From Octopus vulgaris (taxonomy: Eukaryota), in NCBI GenBank assembly GCA_951406725.2, contig OX597839.1, positions 6,510,001 to 6,574,000 on the forward strand: a stretch of DNA of 64,000 nt, written 5' to 3'. Shown here one piece after another: positions 1 to 14,478 of this stretch; position 1 is the first letter of the stretch; each line of letters opens with the position of its first letter. The notes beneath the pieces are model-generated. The model saw only the letters and a list, made by a program, of their open reading frames with translations, searched no databases and was not told where the DNA came from. The translations under genes and the position numbers were made by a program.

Positions 1-311
1 TCTCTTGGCTTTATTGAGAAAAATCTATAGTTTGTCAGATATTTGTTTTTTTTTTCTTCAAATTCTGCAATTTCAACCAATCAGTGACGTCTATTGAGGT
101 AAAAAAAAAACATTCTGTGTCGTATGAATATGTCCCTCGTTTAAAAAACAGAATGGGTTTATTTACATTTCTGAAGAAAAAAGATACCCTTCCCCCCACC
201 CCTAACCCTAACCCTAAAACATATTGAACTGCAATAGATCGATACTAGGGTCATAATTATGGGTGACAATTTCATATGACACCGCTAGAAAAAACTGCCG
301 TTCAAACCGAA
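1..311 (+). mobile_element. MITE family A, 3' part running off the window start, with internal (CCCTAA)3
   Basis: Matches the body of the complete copies at 13717-14478 and 34876-35295. Ends in AAAAAACTGCCGTTCAAACCGAA (partial right TIR). CCCTAACCCTAACCCTAA at about 200-217. Confidence 0.85.
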
Positions 312-739
312 TACACACGTTTCTGCGTATTCAGTGTGTGTGCGCGTATGAGTGCAGAGAAAGATCTGTATTGGCTATTAAACAAATTTTAATTCTAAAT
401 CCAGATGTAATCGCATCGTGTACATCTTGCTCCTTCTAATCTTGATTTATTTACATAAGTACTTTTCAATCCAACTTACTTCCTTCTAATTTCCATTTAT
501 ATTGTACTTTTTATTCTGAGAATGGCTCGCTGTACAGAGATAAAGGTCACGCACGTGATGTTTTTGTAAAAACATAATAAGGGTACGGCAGTAACAAATA
601 TGGGTACAGTAAAGAAATAAGGGCATTTTTTTTTCTTTAATGCTTGGTAGTTATTCTATTAGTCTCTCTTGCCGAATCGCTGATTACAAGGCTGCAAACA
701 AACCAACCTCAAGCTATGGTGGGGACAAATCAAACACGA

Positions 740-821
<82 letters not shown>

Positions 822-826
822 CTATA

Positions 827-909
<83 letters not shown>

Positions 910-955
910 ATATATATTATTGCTGTATATCAATCTATATCTATATATATTATTG

Positions 956-999
<44 letters not shown>

Positions 1000-1070
1000 G
1001 CACTCGAAGATATATATATATATACGTATATGTATATGAATGTGTGTGTGTGTGTGTGCGCGCGCGCATA
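740..1070. repeat. Compound (CA)n/(TA)n/(TG)n microsatellite, representative of dozens of such tracts across the window
   Basis: Seen directly. Similar tracts occur at 5865-7520, 10290-13220, 40300-42730, 49310-51460 and 54950-55930, among others. Confidence 0.95.
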
Positions 1071-1689
1071 CATACATCCATATTTCAGACATCTGTATCA
1101 GAAAGTCGAAAGAATACCCGACGATGTCAATCTACAAAGTCTAATCCGCAGAATAAACGTTGTTAGAAATTAAAATATTTGATAAGTATATATGAAGTCC
1201 AATATATTTTAGGCTGCGGGTAAAGAGTGAACGAGAATCCGACAGAAATAGTATAATATGCCTACTTAACACAATACTACAATGGATCAGGTGTTACCGG
1301 CCGATACGGAAATGAAACAATCTCAGTGTTATTCCGTTATTTTTGCCGCGAAGTGTAAAATAACTATTTTCTTAATCGGCCATTGTTTATACTACAGATA
1401 TGCTATACAAACACCAACCGTAAAAGAGTGTGAATCATCACACGCCCTCGGTCTGTTGGTCAATGACCACACTGGTCAGTGTTGACTTGTGTGTTCATTG
1501 TAATCAATGCATGCGTTTGTGTGCAGGTGTGTTTGTGTTCAAACCCACCTGAGGTAGCTTAATGATTTTATTTTATATTATTTTATTTTATTTTATTTTA
1601 TTTTATCCTATCTATTTGTCGTCCTTCTACTCGTCAGTTTCCGTATTTCTCTTTGTATCTATATGTATGTATGTATGTATGTATATATA

Positions 1690-1905
1690 TGTATATATGT
1701 ATTTGTGTATCTGTGTTTGCCCCCTTCCCACAATCGCTTGACAACCGATGTTGGTGTGTTTACGTCCCCGTAATTTAGCGGTTCAGCAAAAGGGTCCGAT
1801 AGAATAAGTACTAGACTTATAAAACAATAAGTCTTGGGATCGATATATCCGGCTAAAGGCGGTGCTTCAGCATGGCCGCAGACAGATGACTGAAGCAAAT
1901 AAAAG
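1690..1905 (+). mobile_element. SINE family B, 3' half
   Basis: CTTGACAACCGATGTTGGTGTGTTTACGTCCCCG...GGCGGTGCTTCAGCATGGCCGCAG matches the full copies at 19914-20340 and 53968-54375. Confidence 0.85.
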
Positions 1906-2145
1906 ACTATATGCGCAGTTGCTTTTGTGCTTGGTTCCCCCTATCATCACGGTTTGTCAACCGGTGTTTGTTTGTTTGTTTACGTCCTTGGTACGGCAAA
2001 AGAGTTCGATAAGTACCAAGCTTAAAAAAAAAGTAATCGGATTGAGGCATTCGATTAAAAATTCTTCAAGACTGTGCTCCAGCACGGCCGCAGTCCAATG
2101 GCTGAAAATGCGTGTATAATAGGTGTATAGTGCCTGCATATATAA

Positions 2146-2288
2146 ACGCGGATGAGGGCGGCAGTAGCATCCATTTCTCTCATTCACTAAATGCCAAATA
2201 TCAGAGGAGGTTTCCTTCGGTGAAGGCGTTGCAAAGCTAATGGTGTTGCCCCAGCATGGCCGCAGCTCACGAGCTAAAAATCTAGTTA
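2146..2288 (+). mobile_element. 3' end of a CR1/L2-like LINE (ORF2 C-terminal remnant plus 3' UTR)
   Basis: Translates TRMRAAVASISLIH*MPNIRGG, homologous to TQMRAAASNSLVDQVLRIRGG at 47441-47667. Followed by GCCCCAGCATGGCCGC and a hairpin. Confidence 0.65.
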
Positions 2289-2804
2289 AAGTGTATATGT
2301 CTGTTCGAGTGTGTGTGTGTGTGCGCGCGCGTATGTGTGTGAATGTATGTGTGCGTATGTGTGCGTATGTGTGCGTGTGTGTGCGTATGTGTGTGAGTGT
2401 ATGTGTGTGCGTATGTGTGTGAGTGTATGTGTGCGTATGTGTGTGTGTGTCAGTGTGTGTGTGCGTATGTGTGTGAGTGTATGTGTGCGTATGTGTGTCA
2501 GTGTGTGTGTGTGTGTGTGTGTCAGTGTGTGTGTGTGTGTGTGTGTGGAGGGGTGTTGTATGTATATACAAGACTATGTTGTGACAGCGATTGCTAGCTT
2601 CGAACCCTCTCCTCGTCCACGCAACCAGCCCTACCACCACCACCACCACCACCACCAGCAGCCCTAAAACCATCCCCGCAATCACTCCCTCGTAAAATTA
2701 GGAAATGATATTTCCATTCTGTCCACTTATTTAACTTACCCTTTCATAAAATAAATACACCCCACCCCCACATAACTGATAAAAAACAAAAAGAACAAAA
2801 ACTA

Positions 2805-3260
2805 CAACCACCAATGCCATGTACCACCACTACCACCTCTCACCATTACCAACGCCCCCTCCATCATCTTACCACCATCACCACCACCGCCACAACCAGG
2901 ACCACCAATAACACTTCCATCACTATCACCATCACCACCACCTCCACTAACACCACCACTAACGCCATCACCACCACCACTTCCACTAACACCACCACTA
3001 ACACCATCACCACCACAATCACTCCTTCCACTCCACCACCACTACTATCACCACCACCACCGCCTCCACTAACACCATCACCACCACAACCAGTCCTTCC
3101 ACACCACCACTACTATCACCACCACCTCCACTAACACCACCACTAACACCATCACCACCACGATCAGTCCTTCCACACCACGACCACGACCACCACTACC
3201 ACGACCACCACCACCACCACCACCACCCCCACCACTAACACCATCACCACCACGATCACT
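2805..3260. repeat. Degenerate (ACC)n trinucleotide region; others at 5070-5710, 17930-18030 and 61400-61880
   Basis: Seen directly; gives poly-T/P/H pseudo-ORFs. Confidence 0.9.
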
Positions 3261-3649
3261 CCTTCCACACTACCAACGCGATTAACGAGATGACAACGAC
3301 GACAACGCCCCCCCCTCCATCGCTGCCGCTAACAACAACAATGTCAACAACAACAACAATAATAGACGAGTCGGGTGCTGAAGACGTATTGTTATTCCAA
3401 TAACTGTCAAAATGTTGGACCAACCTAATCCCTGACGATTCCATCCCCAACCCCTGTTAAATATAATTCCTTGATAGTTGTTCATTAGGGACTGATGCCG
3501 AAACTTACCCTCACACTTTCTCTTCCCCTACTCCCCATCCTTCACCTCGTCACCTCCAACATAAACCCATTAGTTTCTTATTAACCATTTTGGCTTTTCT
3601 ATTCTGTTACTAGATTTAATCATGGTACTACGGCTACACAGGGTCTCTG

Positions 3650-3732
3650 GCAATGGTTCTCACACGGGGCCCACAAGACCCTTGGGGGACCACGTAAGAT
3701 TTTGCGGTTACATTTTGCATACAGTAAATTGC
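3650..3732 (+). mobile_element. hAT-like MITE terminal fragment; homolog at 18352-18440
   Basis: CAATGGTTCTCAC / CAGTGGTTTTCAA starts resemble hAT (Charlie-type) termini. Both copies share GACCCTTGGGGG...CCAC(G/A)TAAGATTTTG. Confidence 0.45.
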
Positions 3733-3776
3733 TTGTCCTGCAACACACGAGACAGTTTTAGCAATTGTTTTTATAC

Positions 3777-3975
3777 AGGCGCAGGAGTGGCTGTGTGGTA
3801 AGAAGCTTGATTCCCAACTACATGGTTCCATGTTCAGTCCCACTGCATGACATCTTGGGCAAGTGTCTTTCACTATAGCATCGGGCCGACGAAAGCCTTG
3901 TGAGTGGATTTGGTAGACAGAAACTGAAACAAGCTTGTCGTATGTGTGGGTGTATTTGTGTGCTTGTGTCTGCGT
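3777..3975 (+). mobile_element. SINE family B, 5' half (tRNA-like head)
   Basis: AGGCGCAGGAGTGGCTGTGTGGTAAG (A box) and GTTCAGTCCC (B box), then CTTGGGCAAGTGTC. Confidence 0.85.
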
Positions 3976-4344
3976 ATATATAAACATATATAAAATAATA
4001 AGTGACAGCAAAAGAATGAGACCTCGATATTAGATAAATAGAGTACTATTTATATTTGTTATAATTTACAACAAACAGTAACTGGCACTATAGTATTCGG
4101 CGTTTCGAATGTCGGAGGGATGAGTTACGATGCATCCTCGTCGGCAACATACGCACAGACACACACACATGTATGCGTGTGTGTGTGGAGGGGGTGTAAA
4201 AAATAACAACAGTTTTATTATAACAACTGTGATTTACTACAGCTGTTTCAAACGTGTTCTGTATTGCGGAAACCAAAGTGTTACATCATGCAAAAAAAGC
4301 CCTTTTCATCAGGTGAATACAGGTAAGAATTAACAATTAGAACT

Positions 4345-4386
<42 letters not shown>

Positions 4387-4842
4387 TGTCCTATACCAAC
4401 ATAGTGCATCTCAAACTGCTAGAAACAATAACCAACTCACTCCCAAATCATTCCATCCCTATTTCTTTACTACCCACAAGGGCTAAACACAGAGAGGACA
4501 AACAAGGACAGACGAAGGGATTAAGTCGACTACATCGACCCCAGTGCGTAACTGGTACTTAATTTATCGAACCCGTGGAAATCATTCCATACCATCTTAA
4601 GGAAACCATAGAGTACTTTGAAATGTAGTCCTAAATATATTCTGTCAACGCTAAAAGCATTTGATCAAAAGTCTGGTCGATCATTGTGGGTTATGTCAGA
4701 CGAGGGCAGCCTCATAGATCTGACAGTTGAAACGAACTTGGAACTGCGTTGTTGCAAAGCGAACCTACTTTAAATATTTTGTTAATCTTGACCCAAGCTT
4801 TATTTAAGCATAGGGACAACGAACAACACCAGTACACTCACT

Positions 4843-5070
4843 ACCTATTTCTTTATTACTCACAAGGGGCTAAACACAGAGGAGACAAACAAGGACAGAC
4901 AAACGGATTAAGTCGATTATATCGACGCCAGTGCGTAACTGGTACTTAATTTATCGACCCCGAAAGGATGAAAAGTAAAGTCGACCTCGGCGGAATTTGA
5001 ACTCAGAACGTAACGGCAGACGAAATACTGCTGAGCATTTCGCTCGACGCGCTAACGTTTCTGCCAGCTT
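4843..5070 (-). mobile_element. SINE family C (a partial copy also lies at 4455-4572)
   Basis: Minus strand reads GCTGGCAGAAACGTTAGC...GAGTTCAAATTCCGCCGAGGTCGAC...GTCGATAAATTAAGTACCAG; same family as 29130-29680 and 62304-62722. Confidence 0.85.
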
Positions 5071-5863
5071 CACTACCGCCACCAGCAATCATCACCACAA
5101 CCACAACTACCAGCACCACCACCACCATAGTCATCATCATCATTATCATCCATCATCATCACTACCACAACCACCGTCACTACCACAACCTCTACTACTA
5201 CCACCACCGCCGCGCCGCTGCCTCGCCTTGGCAGCTACCACTACCGCCACAACCATCACAACCTCCGCAGCCACTGCTTTCGCCACCACCATCACTATCA
5301 CCCTCTCCACCACCACCACTATCACCCTCTCCACCACCACCACCACAGTTGTAATCGTTGTCATCATCATCGTCATTAGCACCACCACCACCACCACCAC
5401 CACCATCACCACCACCATCACCTTCACCACCACCACCACCACCACCACCACTACTGCCGCCGCTGTCATCACCACCACCGCCACCACCACCACCACCACC
5501 ACCACCACCACCACCACCACCACCACCACTACCGCCACCACTACACCACCACCACCACCACCACCACCACTAACACTACCACCACCACCACCACCACCAC
5601 CACCAACTGCCACCATCACCACCACCACCACCGCCACCACCGCCGCCGCCACCACCACCACCACCACCACCACCACCGCCACCATCACCGTCACCACCAC
5701 CACCACCAGCATAAGTGTCATTTGATGTTCTTTTTACTCTTGAGACATCTGTCTCCGGGAAACAGCCCAAGACAGAATTTATAACTTTTCAGGCGGCTGT
5801 TGAAGACAGTTCCTCCCCAACAGGATCTATATATAATGGACGAGTGCGTAACTACGTTCATGT

Positions 5864-5905
<42 letters not shown>

Positions 5906-6239
5906 ACAAATACACACACAAAAACACATACACAAACATACACACAAACACACACAAATACACACATAAAAACACATACACAAACATACACACAAACACA
6001 CACACATACACACACACAAACACATACACACACATATACACACACAAACACATACACAAACACACACATACATAAACACACACACACACACACATACATA
6101 CACATACACAAACACACACACAAACACACACACACAGACAAACACACACACACTTACACAGACACACACACGCAGAACGCACATTGAGATACACACTCGT
6201 CCTTATGTAAACGATGGAGGACTTCCAAAAACTGCAAGA

Positions 6240-6279
<40 letters not shown>

Positions 6280-6765
6280 TCGTGTGTATAAGTACATAAA
6301 TCCCATACACCCATACACACCCATACACACACATACACACAAATGCATATCTGGGGAAGGAGACATGCACACATTCCCTCACACACGCATATACAAAAGC
6401 ACGTACACGCACCTGTTCATATTACACTCAGTCACATTCATAGGGATTCAAATACATATACACATCTCAATGTACACGCACACACACACATACGTACATG
6501 TGTGTGTGTGTGTGTGTGTGTGTTGTAAAACAATCCCCTGCCTAACGTAAATAATATACATTCACACAGGAAAAGATATTATTAGTTACCCAGCCCACAA
6601 TTAAATAACACTTAGATTGGAGGGAACCTATCTATACATGCATGTACATATGTCTACGTGTATACACACGCACGGACACACACACACACACACACACACA
6701 AACGATGTATGTACTTATACACACACACACATAAATACATACGTACATGCATGCATAAATACATA

Positions 6766-6804
<39 letters not shown>

Positions 6805-6808
<4 letters not shown>

Positions 6809-6837
6809 AGATATATGCATCTATATGGATGTATATA

Positions 6838-6868
<31 letters not shown>

Positions 6869-6901
6869 GTATAGATATATGCATCTATATGGATGTATAT
6901 A

Positions 6902-6932
<31 letters not shown>

Positions 6933-6970
6933 GTATAGATATATGCATCTATATGGATGTATATAAATAT
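6805..6970. repeat. 64-bp tandem repeat (about 3 copies) inside a (TA)n tract
   Basis: GTATAGATATATGCATCTATATGGATG recurs at 6805, 6869 and 6933. Confidence 0.85.
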
Positions 6971-7106
6971 ATCTATATATATATATATACATATATATAA
7001 ACATATATATATATGTATATAAATATATATATATGTATATATATCTATCTATCTATATATATCTATCTATCTATATATATATGTGTATATATATATATAT
7101 ATGTAC

Positions 7107-7162
<56 letters not shown>

Positions 7163-7293
7163 CATATTTACATATGCATTTCATGCATGCTCATACTTAC
7201 TGACCATATGTCTATACAGGAGAGGATATATATAAGCATATATACATATATATGTGTGCGTGTGAATCTGTATGTGTGTGTGTGCATGTGCGC

Positions 7294-7362
<69 letters not shown>

Positions 7363-7774
7363 CATATAAAAATATACTCAAATATTTATACATATATATG
7401 TGTGTGTGTGTATATATATCTATATTTATATATGCATACACACGCACATACATAAATATACATATATATATATATGTGTGTGTGTATATACGAATGTATA
7501 TATATATATACACATGCATGGTGGTAGTATTTATGTGACACTATATCCCTGTCCAAGCTAGTTAATCCACAAACGTTGCCTGGTTACCATAACCGGTGAC
7601 TTTTGCAAACTGAGCTTTTGATTGCTTTTCTTTATATACTTTTCAAAGACACACAGACACACACACACATGGACCTATATGTGTGTGTGTGTGAGAGAGT
7701 ATGTCCTTAACTTGACACAGTCTATATGTATAAGGTCTAGAATGTATATACGAGAATATGTGAATACGTTTATT

Positions 7775-7979
7775 CTTTTATTCTTCTATTCATTTACTTG
7801 TTTCACTCAATTGACCGCGGCCATGGTGGAGCATCACCTTTAGTCGAACAAACCGCCCACCCCTCCCAGGATTTATTCTTAGTAAGCCTAGTTCTTATTT
7901 TATCGGTCATTTTTGCCGAACCGACGTAAGTACACCAGCATCGGTTGTCAAGCGATGTTGGATACACACATACACAAAT

Positions 7980-8051
<72 letters not shown>

Positions 8052-8235
8052 ATATATATATATATATATACGACAGGCTTCTTTCAGTTTCTGTCGACCA
8101 AATCCACTCACAAGGCTTTGGTTGGCCCGCTGGTATAGTAGAAAACATGACCAAGATGCCACGCAGTGGAAATGAACCCGGTACAACGTGATACTTACCA
8201 CAGTCCTGCAACGTGGTACTTACCACAGTCCCGCA
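7775..8235 (-). mobile_element. SINE family B copy
   Basis: Reverse-complement match to family B with the central (TA)n(TG)n; small tandem duplication at the head end. Confidence 0.8.
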
Positions 8236-8257
8236 ACTGCATACACACACACACACG

Positions 8258-8357
<100 letters not shown>

Positions 8358-8439
8358 CATATATATACATATATATATATATACATATATATACATATAT
8401 ATATATATATACATATATATACATATATATATATATATA

Positions 8440-8850
8440 AATTAATAAATAAAACATATGCATATATACATACATATATGTACGTACCTACCTCTACGTG
8501 TATATATAGGGTACAGGACACCAAAGAAACGTCGAACACAATGAGAAACGAAAGCATAAACACAAAACCAAGGAACTGGACATTTTTCTTAAACAACAAA
8601 AGAATAGAGTACAGGACATACAACACAAGGGAAATTCCCCTTCTTCAGTCGCCATGGTTTCATCTACTCTGCGTTTCGAAGGTGAAGGCGATACGCATCA
8701 TCGATAGAAACTCTTCTTCCCGCGAAAAGCAAATTAAATAAAATTTGAGATCCTTTTGCGGAGGGGTAAAAATGGTAACAAAAACAGAACAGTAACGACA
8801 GTACAAAATATAAACAGTAAAAGACAGGACAAGGAGAATAACAAGACAAG
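8440..8850 (-). mobile_element. Non-coding repeat family F (putative Penelope-like pLTR derivative); copies at 32914-33753 (+) and 39230-39445 (-)
   Basis: Shared ACATATATGTACGTACCTAC...GAACACAATGAGAAACGAAA...CCTTCTTCAG...TTTCATCTACTC; flanked by (TA)n. Confidence 0.6.
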
Positions 8851-9149
8851 AAGGGCTGTTAAGCCGAACGAGATAAAGTATTACGAACGCTATTTTTGAG
8901 AACGGCGAAGGAGCAACAGAAAATGCCGTCTACACTTCAAAGAAGCCAGTTCAGAAAGACAGTAGCGAAGCTCTCGTCGCGGGTCAACGACGGGAGGGAG
9001 GAGGAGGAGCAGGAGAAAGGGAGAGGTCTAGAATGAGCAGAATCGATGTATAACACTCTCTTTATAGCCAGCTTTTATCAAGGTGGCGTTATAGAAGTCT
9101 GCCTTTTGGTTAAAAATGTCAACATTGGCAGATAATTTAGACAGTCATT

Positions 9150-9530
9150 TGGTTGCCAGCTTTACTGTTGCCAATATAATGAAGAATTTAAATCTCTTAC
9201 CAAAAGCAAATACAACCCACTATCATCACAACATTTCTAATTTATGTTCTCACAACAAAATTGTCTTTTTAGTGGCCAATGCCATTCGAAGACGGTTTTG
9301 TGAAAATAAACCTTAAGAACAGTTCTAAAAGCCGATATATGCAACATAATATTTCCTTCAGATTGACAGAGAGAATCAACTAAATAGCTCAATAAAGAAG
9401 GGTGTAGCTAAAATTTTTTTAACCATATGTAAAACGGAGAGCAGTGTAACATGTGCATTACAGAAAAGTTTTATATCTGATTGAATCAGGTAACATTTCA
9501 TGAAAACAAATTAGTATTTTGCCATATCCT
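9150..9530 (+). pseudogene. Decayed Penelope-like GIY-YIG endonuclease C-terminal region
   Basis: Across frameshifts it reads NCLFSGQCHSKTVL (about 9259), KSRYMQHNISFR (9327-9362) and QCNMCITEKFYI (9442-9477). These match the PLE motifs CPLxGxC, FKxRYxxHxxSF and CxLCLxEKxxI. Confidence 0.65.
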
Positions 9531-10713
9531 GAAACCAACTTCAAAATATCTTGCTAAAAAAATTTCAAATCCCAATTATGATAAAATACTGCTTTATCAG
9601 GTTAAACATTTGTAAGCTAAACTATTATAAAGTGATCTATTAGGTCGCCTCGTTTTCCAGTAAGTAGCTCATAAACTTACCCTCCCTCCAATTTGTCTTC
9701 CTTTATAGAGATTATTACAAGCAACCACCATCATGAAAAGACTATCATGTACTAATGTGCCTTTCATTTTCTCGTCTTCTGAAAGGAGATCCTGTAGAGC
9801 AGAGGTCGGCGAGCCAAGGTAAATTATCCCAAGTGAGGTAAAAATGAAATTCTTGGGGGTAATGAAGACTCATTAGACATATATTTTGGGGTAATTGATT
9901 AAAAAGTTCCATGAACCCTGCTGTAGAGTGACGAAATGTGAGCAGCGTATTACTGGTTTTGTATTCACACATATATGTTTAAGCAAAGAAATATATATAC
10001 ACACACAGAAACATACATACACAGGCAGAGACGTGCATTCACGCACACATACTCTACACAGCATGTGCAGAGTATCATTTCGCTAATTTAAGCAATTCAT
10101 TTGAGATATATAGTTGCTTACGTATATGCATATGTACTCACGTACACCTAAATATGCACACACACATACACACACACACACACACATCTGCATGTATTCC
10201 TTGCTTACAATTACAGAGTATATATACTCGCCGTTTGCTAAATCATGCAGTTCAGATATATAATTGCATGTATCTATGTATGTTTGCTTGCATGCATGTA
10301 TGTATGTATGTATGTATGTATGTATGTATGTATGTATGTATGTATGTATGTATGTATGTATGTATGTATGTATGTATGTATGTATGTATGTATGTATGTA
10401 TGTATGTATGTATGTATGTATGTACGTATGTAAGTACGTGTGTGTTTGTGTATGTATATATGAATGTATCTATGAATGAAAATATATATATTTCTACACA
10501 CGTATATATACGAGCATACATAATGCATCAATGAAAGCGTATATGTATATTTACAATTATGTATGTATGTATGTATGTATGTATGTATGTATGTATGTGT
10601 GTGTGTGTGTGTGTGTATGCATGTATGTGTATGTGTGAGAGAGAAAGAAAGAGAGTGAATGAATATACAAGTTTCCTTGTTTGGAAAACCATGCATTTCA
10701 AATATATACTATT

Positions 10714-10777
<64 letters not shown>

Positions 10778-10844
10778 TCGGGCATGCATACTGCATCAAT
10801 GGAAGCTTGTACATGTTCGTGTGTGTGTATTTCTAGACATATAT

Positions 10845-10905
<61 letters not shown>

Positions 10906-11569
10906 CATATATATATATACATATATACATACATATATATATATATACATACATATATATATATATATATATACATATATACATATATACATATATACAC
11001 TCACATATATATATATATATGTGTATGTATGTTTATATATATATGTATGTATATATATATACTAACTAATATATACGCACATACACACACATATATATAC
11101 ATATATGTGCGTGTGTCACACACAGCGTAGACACCACGACCAAATACCACCACAAACGTCACTGCCCTACCCCATCTCATCATTATCCGCCTCCCCCCTC
11201 TCATATCATCACCATATTCACCACGTCATTATCAACATCGTTAACATTATGTATGAAGCTAAGTTGGAATAAATTTCCTTACGTTTCGTCTATTTTCAGG
11301 CTTTGTTTTCTCTTTAAACCAAAATATTCACCATAAAGAAAGAGGAAAAAACAGTTCGGCGGGGTGGGGGTGTTTGTTTTTTACCTTTGACCTTTGCCAA
11401 ACTAATGTCAATCAGTTTGACCGCATTCAGTAGAGTAAGATATTTGTCTATTGTTTACCCTACATCCACTATCTATCTCTCTATCTCTACTTACCTACAT
11501 ATCTAAATATATATCTATCTATCTGTCTCTCTATGTATCTGACTATCTATATATATCTATCTATCTATA

Positions 11570-11601
<32 letters not shown>

Positions 11602-11607
11602 CATCTA

Positions 11608-11686
<79 letters not shown>

Positions 11687-11907
11687 TTCAGTCTCTCTCA
11701 ATCTATCTCTGTGTATATGTACATATATAAATATACACGGGCACACACACATATACATACATACATGTATATATATATGTGTGTGTATGTATATATGTGT
11801 GTATTTGTATCTATACGCACATGTATTAAACTACACACACATAAATACACACGCACACACAGATGCATAAATATATATACATACATGTATACACACACAT
11901 ATGTATG

Positions 11908-11950
<43 letters not shown>

Positions 11951-13716
11951 ATGTCTCTATATACACATGCATTAACCTACTCACACATAAATGCACACAT
12001 ATACCCACATATATAATTATCCTTCTACTTCTCTCTCAATCCTTGCCCCCCCTCTCTCTGCATTCCATCCCGCTTTATATGTACGTGTGTGTGTTTGTGT
12101 GTGTAAGTGTATGTGTACACGTAGATACGTACTTAAGTAGATATTTGTTTATCCTTTGTCTATGAAACTACACACCTATTCACCCATCTATTTATCCATA
12201 TGTGTGTGCATGTGTGTATTCCTATACATACATACATACATGCACACACATACATAATACATACATACGTACTTACATGCATAATGCATGCACACACATA
12301 CATACATACATGCACACACATACACACACACGCATACACACACTTACACACACATACATACACACATACACACATACATACATACATACATAATACATAC
12401 ACACATACATACACACACATACATACATATATACACACATACATACATACATACATACATACACACACACGCATACACACACTTACACACACATACATAC
12501 GCACATACATACATACACACATGCATATATACATAATACATACACACATACATACACACACATACATATATACACACACATACCCACACTTACACACACA
12601 TACATACATACATACACACATACATACATACATACACACATACACACACACACACACACATACATACATACACACATACACACACTTACACATTCATACA
12701 TACACATATATACACATACATACACACATACATGCATACATACATACATACATACACACATGCACACATACATACATACACACATTCATACATACACACA
12801 TACATACACACATACATACGTACGTACATACATACATACATACATACATACATACATACACACATACATGCATACATACATACATACATACACACATGCA
12901 CACATACATACATACATACATACATACATAAACACATACATACATAAATACATACACACACACATACATACATACATACATACATACATACATACATACA
13001 CACACATACACACATACATACATACACACATACACACACTTACACATTCATACATACACATATATACACATACATACACACATACACATACATACATACA
13101 TACATACATACACACATGCACATACATACATACATACACACATTCATACATACACACATACATACATACGTACGTACATACATACACACATAATACATAC
13201 ACACATGTACGCACGCACACTATAATATCAATGAATAATTCGTGGCTTAAAAAGCATTATGCTGAATATGCATAACTAAAAAATCCGCTGTCAAGACAAT
13301 TCTTCCAAATATATATCTATCTATACGTGTACACATCACTGTCTTTCACCATTCACACGTAAAAAGTCTCCACCCCCCCACCCTGATTATCTTCGTTTAC
13401 CACACGAATAGTTACACACATAAATACATACCACACACACACACACACATACACACACTCAAACATACACGCACTCGCTCGCGCGCGGTTATTATTTGCA
13501 TTCGCACAAATCATCTGAAATGTCAAATCATAAATTGAATGTTAATTAGAAAACTAGAAAAAAGACAAAGAAAATATAATTATGGTAACAACAACAATAA
13601 CAACAGTCGCAATAATAATCCTATGTACTTCAGGCACAAGACCTGATATTTTTTCGGGGGTGGGGGCGTTTGGTGACCGATTCTATCGAATCCATTATTT
13701 GGCTGGTACTCAATTT

Positions 13717-14478
13717 GGATCTTTTCGGTTTGACCGGCAGTTTTTTTAAATAATTTCCACGTAACTAAACACTTTTAAACTTCGTATACTGGTAGAATGT
13801 GTTTATAAAACATCTTTTTCTCTTGGCTTTATTGAGAAAATTCTATAGTTTGTAAGATATTTGTGGTTTTTCTTCTTCAATTTCTGCAATTTCAGCCAAT
13901 CAATGACGTCTATTGAGGTGAAAACATTCTGTGCCGTATTAATATGTCCCTCGTTTAAGAAACAGATTGGGTTTATTTACATTTGTGAAGAAAAAAAGAT
14001 GCCCTTCCCCCAACCCCTAACCCTAACCCTAACTAACCCTAAAAGAGATTGAAATGCAATAGATCGATACTAGGGTCATAATTATGGGTAACGGCAGTTT
14101 TTTTAAATAATTTCCACGTAACTAAACACTTTTAAACTTCGTATACTGGTAGAATGTGTTTATAAAACATCTTTTTTTCTTGGCTTTATTGAGAAAATTC
14201 TATAGTTTGTAAGATATTTGTTGTTTTTTTTTCTTCAATTTCTGCAATTTCAATGACCTCTATTGAGGTGAAAACATTCTGTGCCGTATGAATATGTCCC
14301 TCGTTTAAGAAACAGATTGGGTTTATTTACATTTGTGAAGAAAAAAAAGATATCCTTCCCCCTAACCCTAACCCTAAAACAGATTGAAATGCAATAGATC
14401 GATACTAGGGTCATAATTATGGGTGACAATTTCATATGACACCGCTAGAAAAAACTGCCGGTCAAACCGAAAAGATCC
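13717..14478 (+). mobile_element. MITE family A, complete, with an internal tandem duplication
   Basis: 30-bp TIRs GGATCTTTTCGGTTTGACCGGCAGTTTTTT / AAAAAACTGCCGGTCAAACCGAAAAGATCC. The body is duplicated (second unit starts CGGCAG at about 14092), with (CCCTAA)n in each unit. Confidence 0.9.

Noticed and set aside
200-217. Telomere or chromosome-fusion remnant
   Set aside because: Only 2-3 CCCTAA units, always at the same position inside MITE A.
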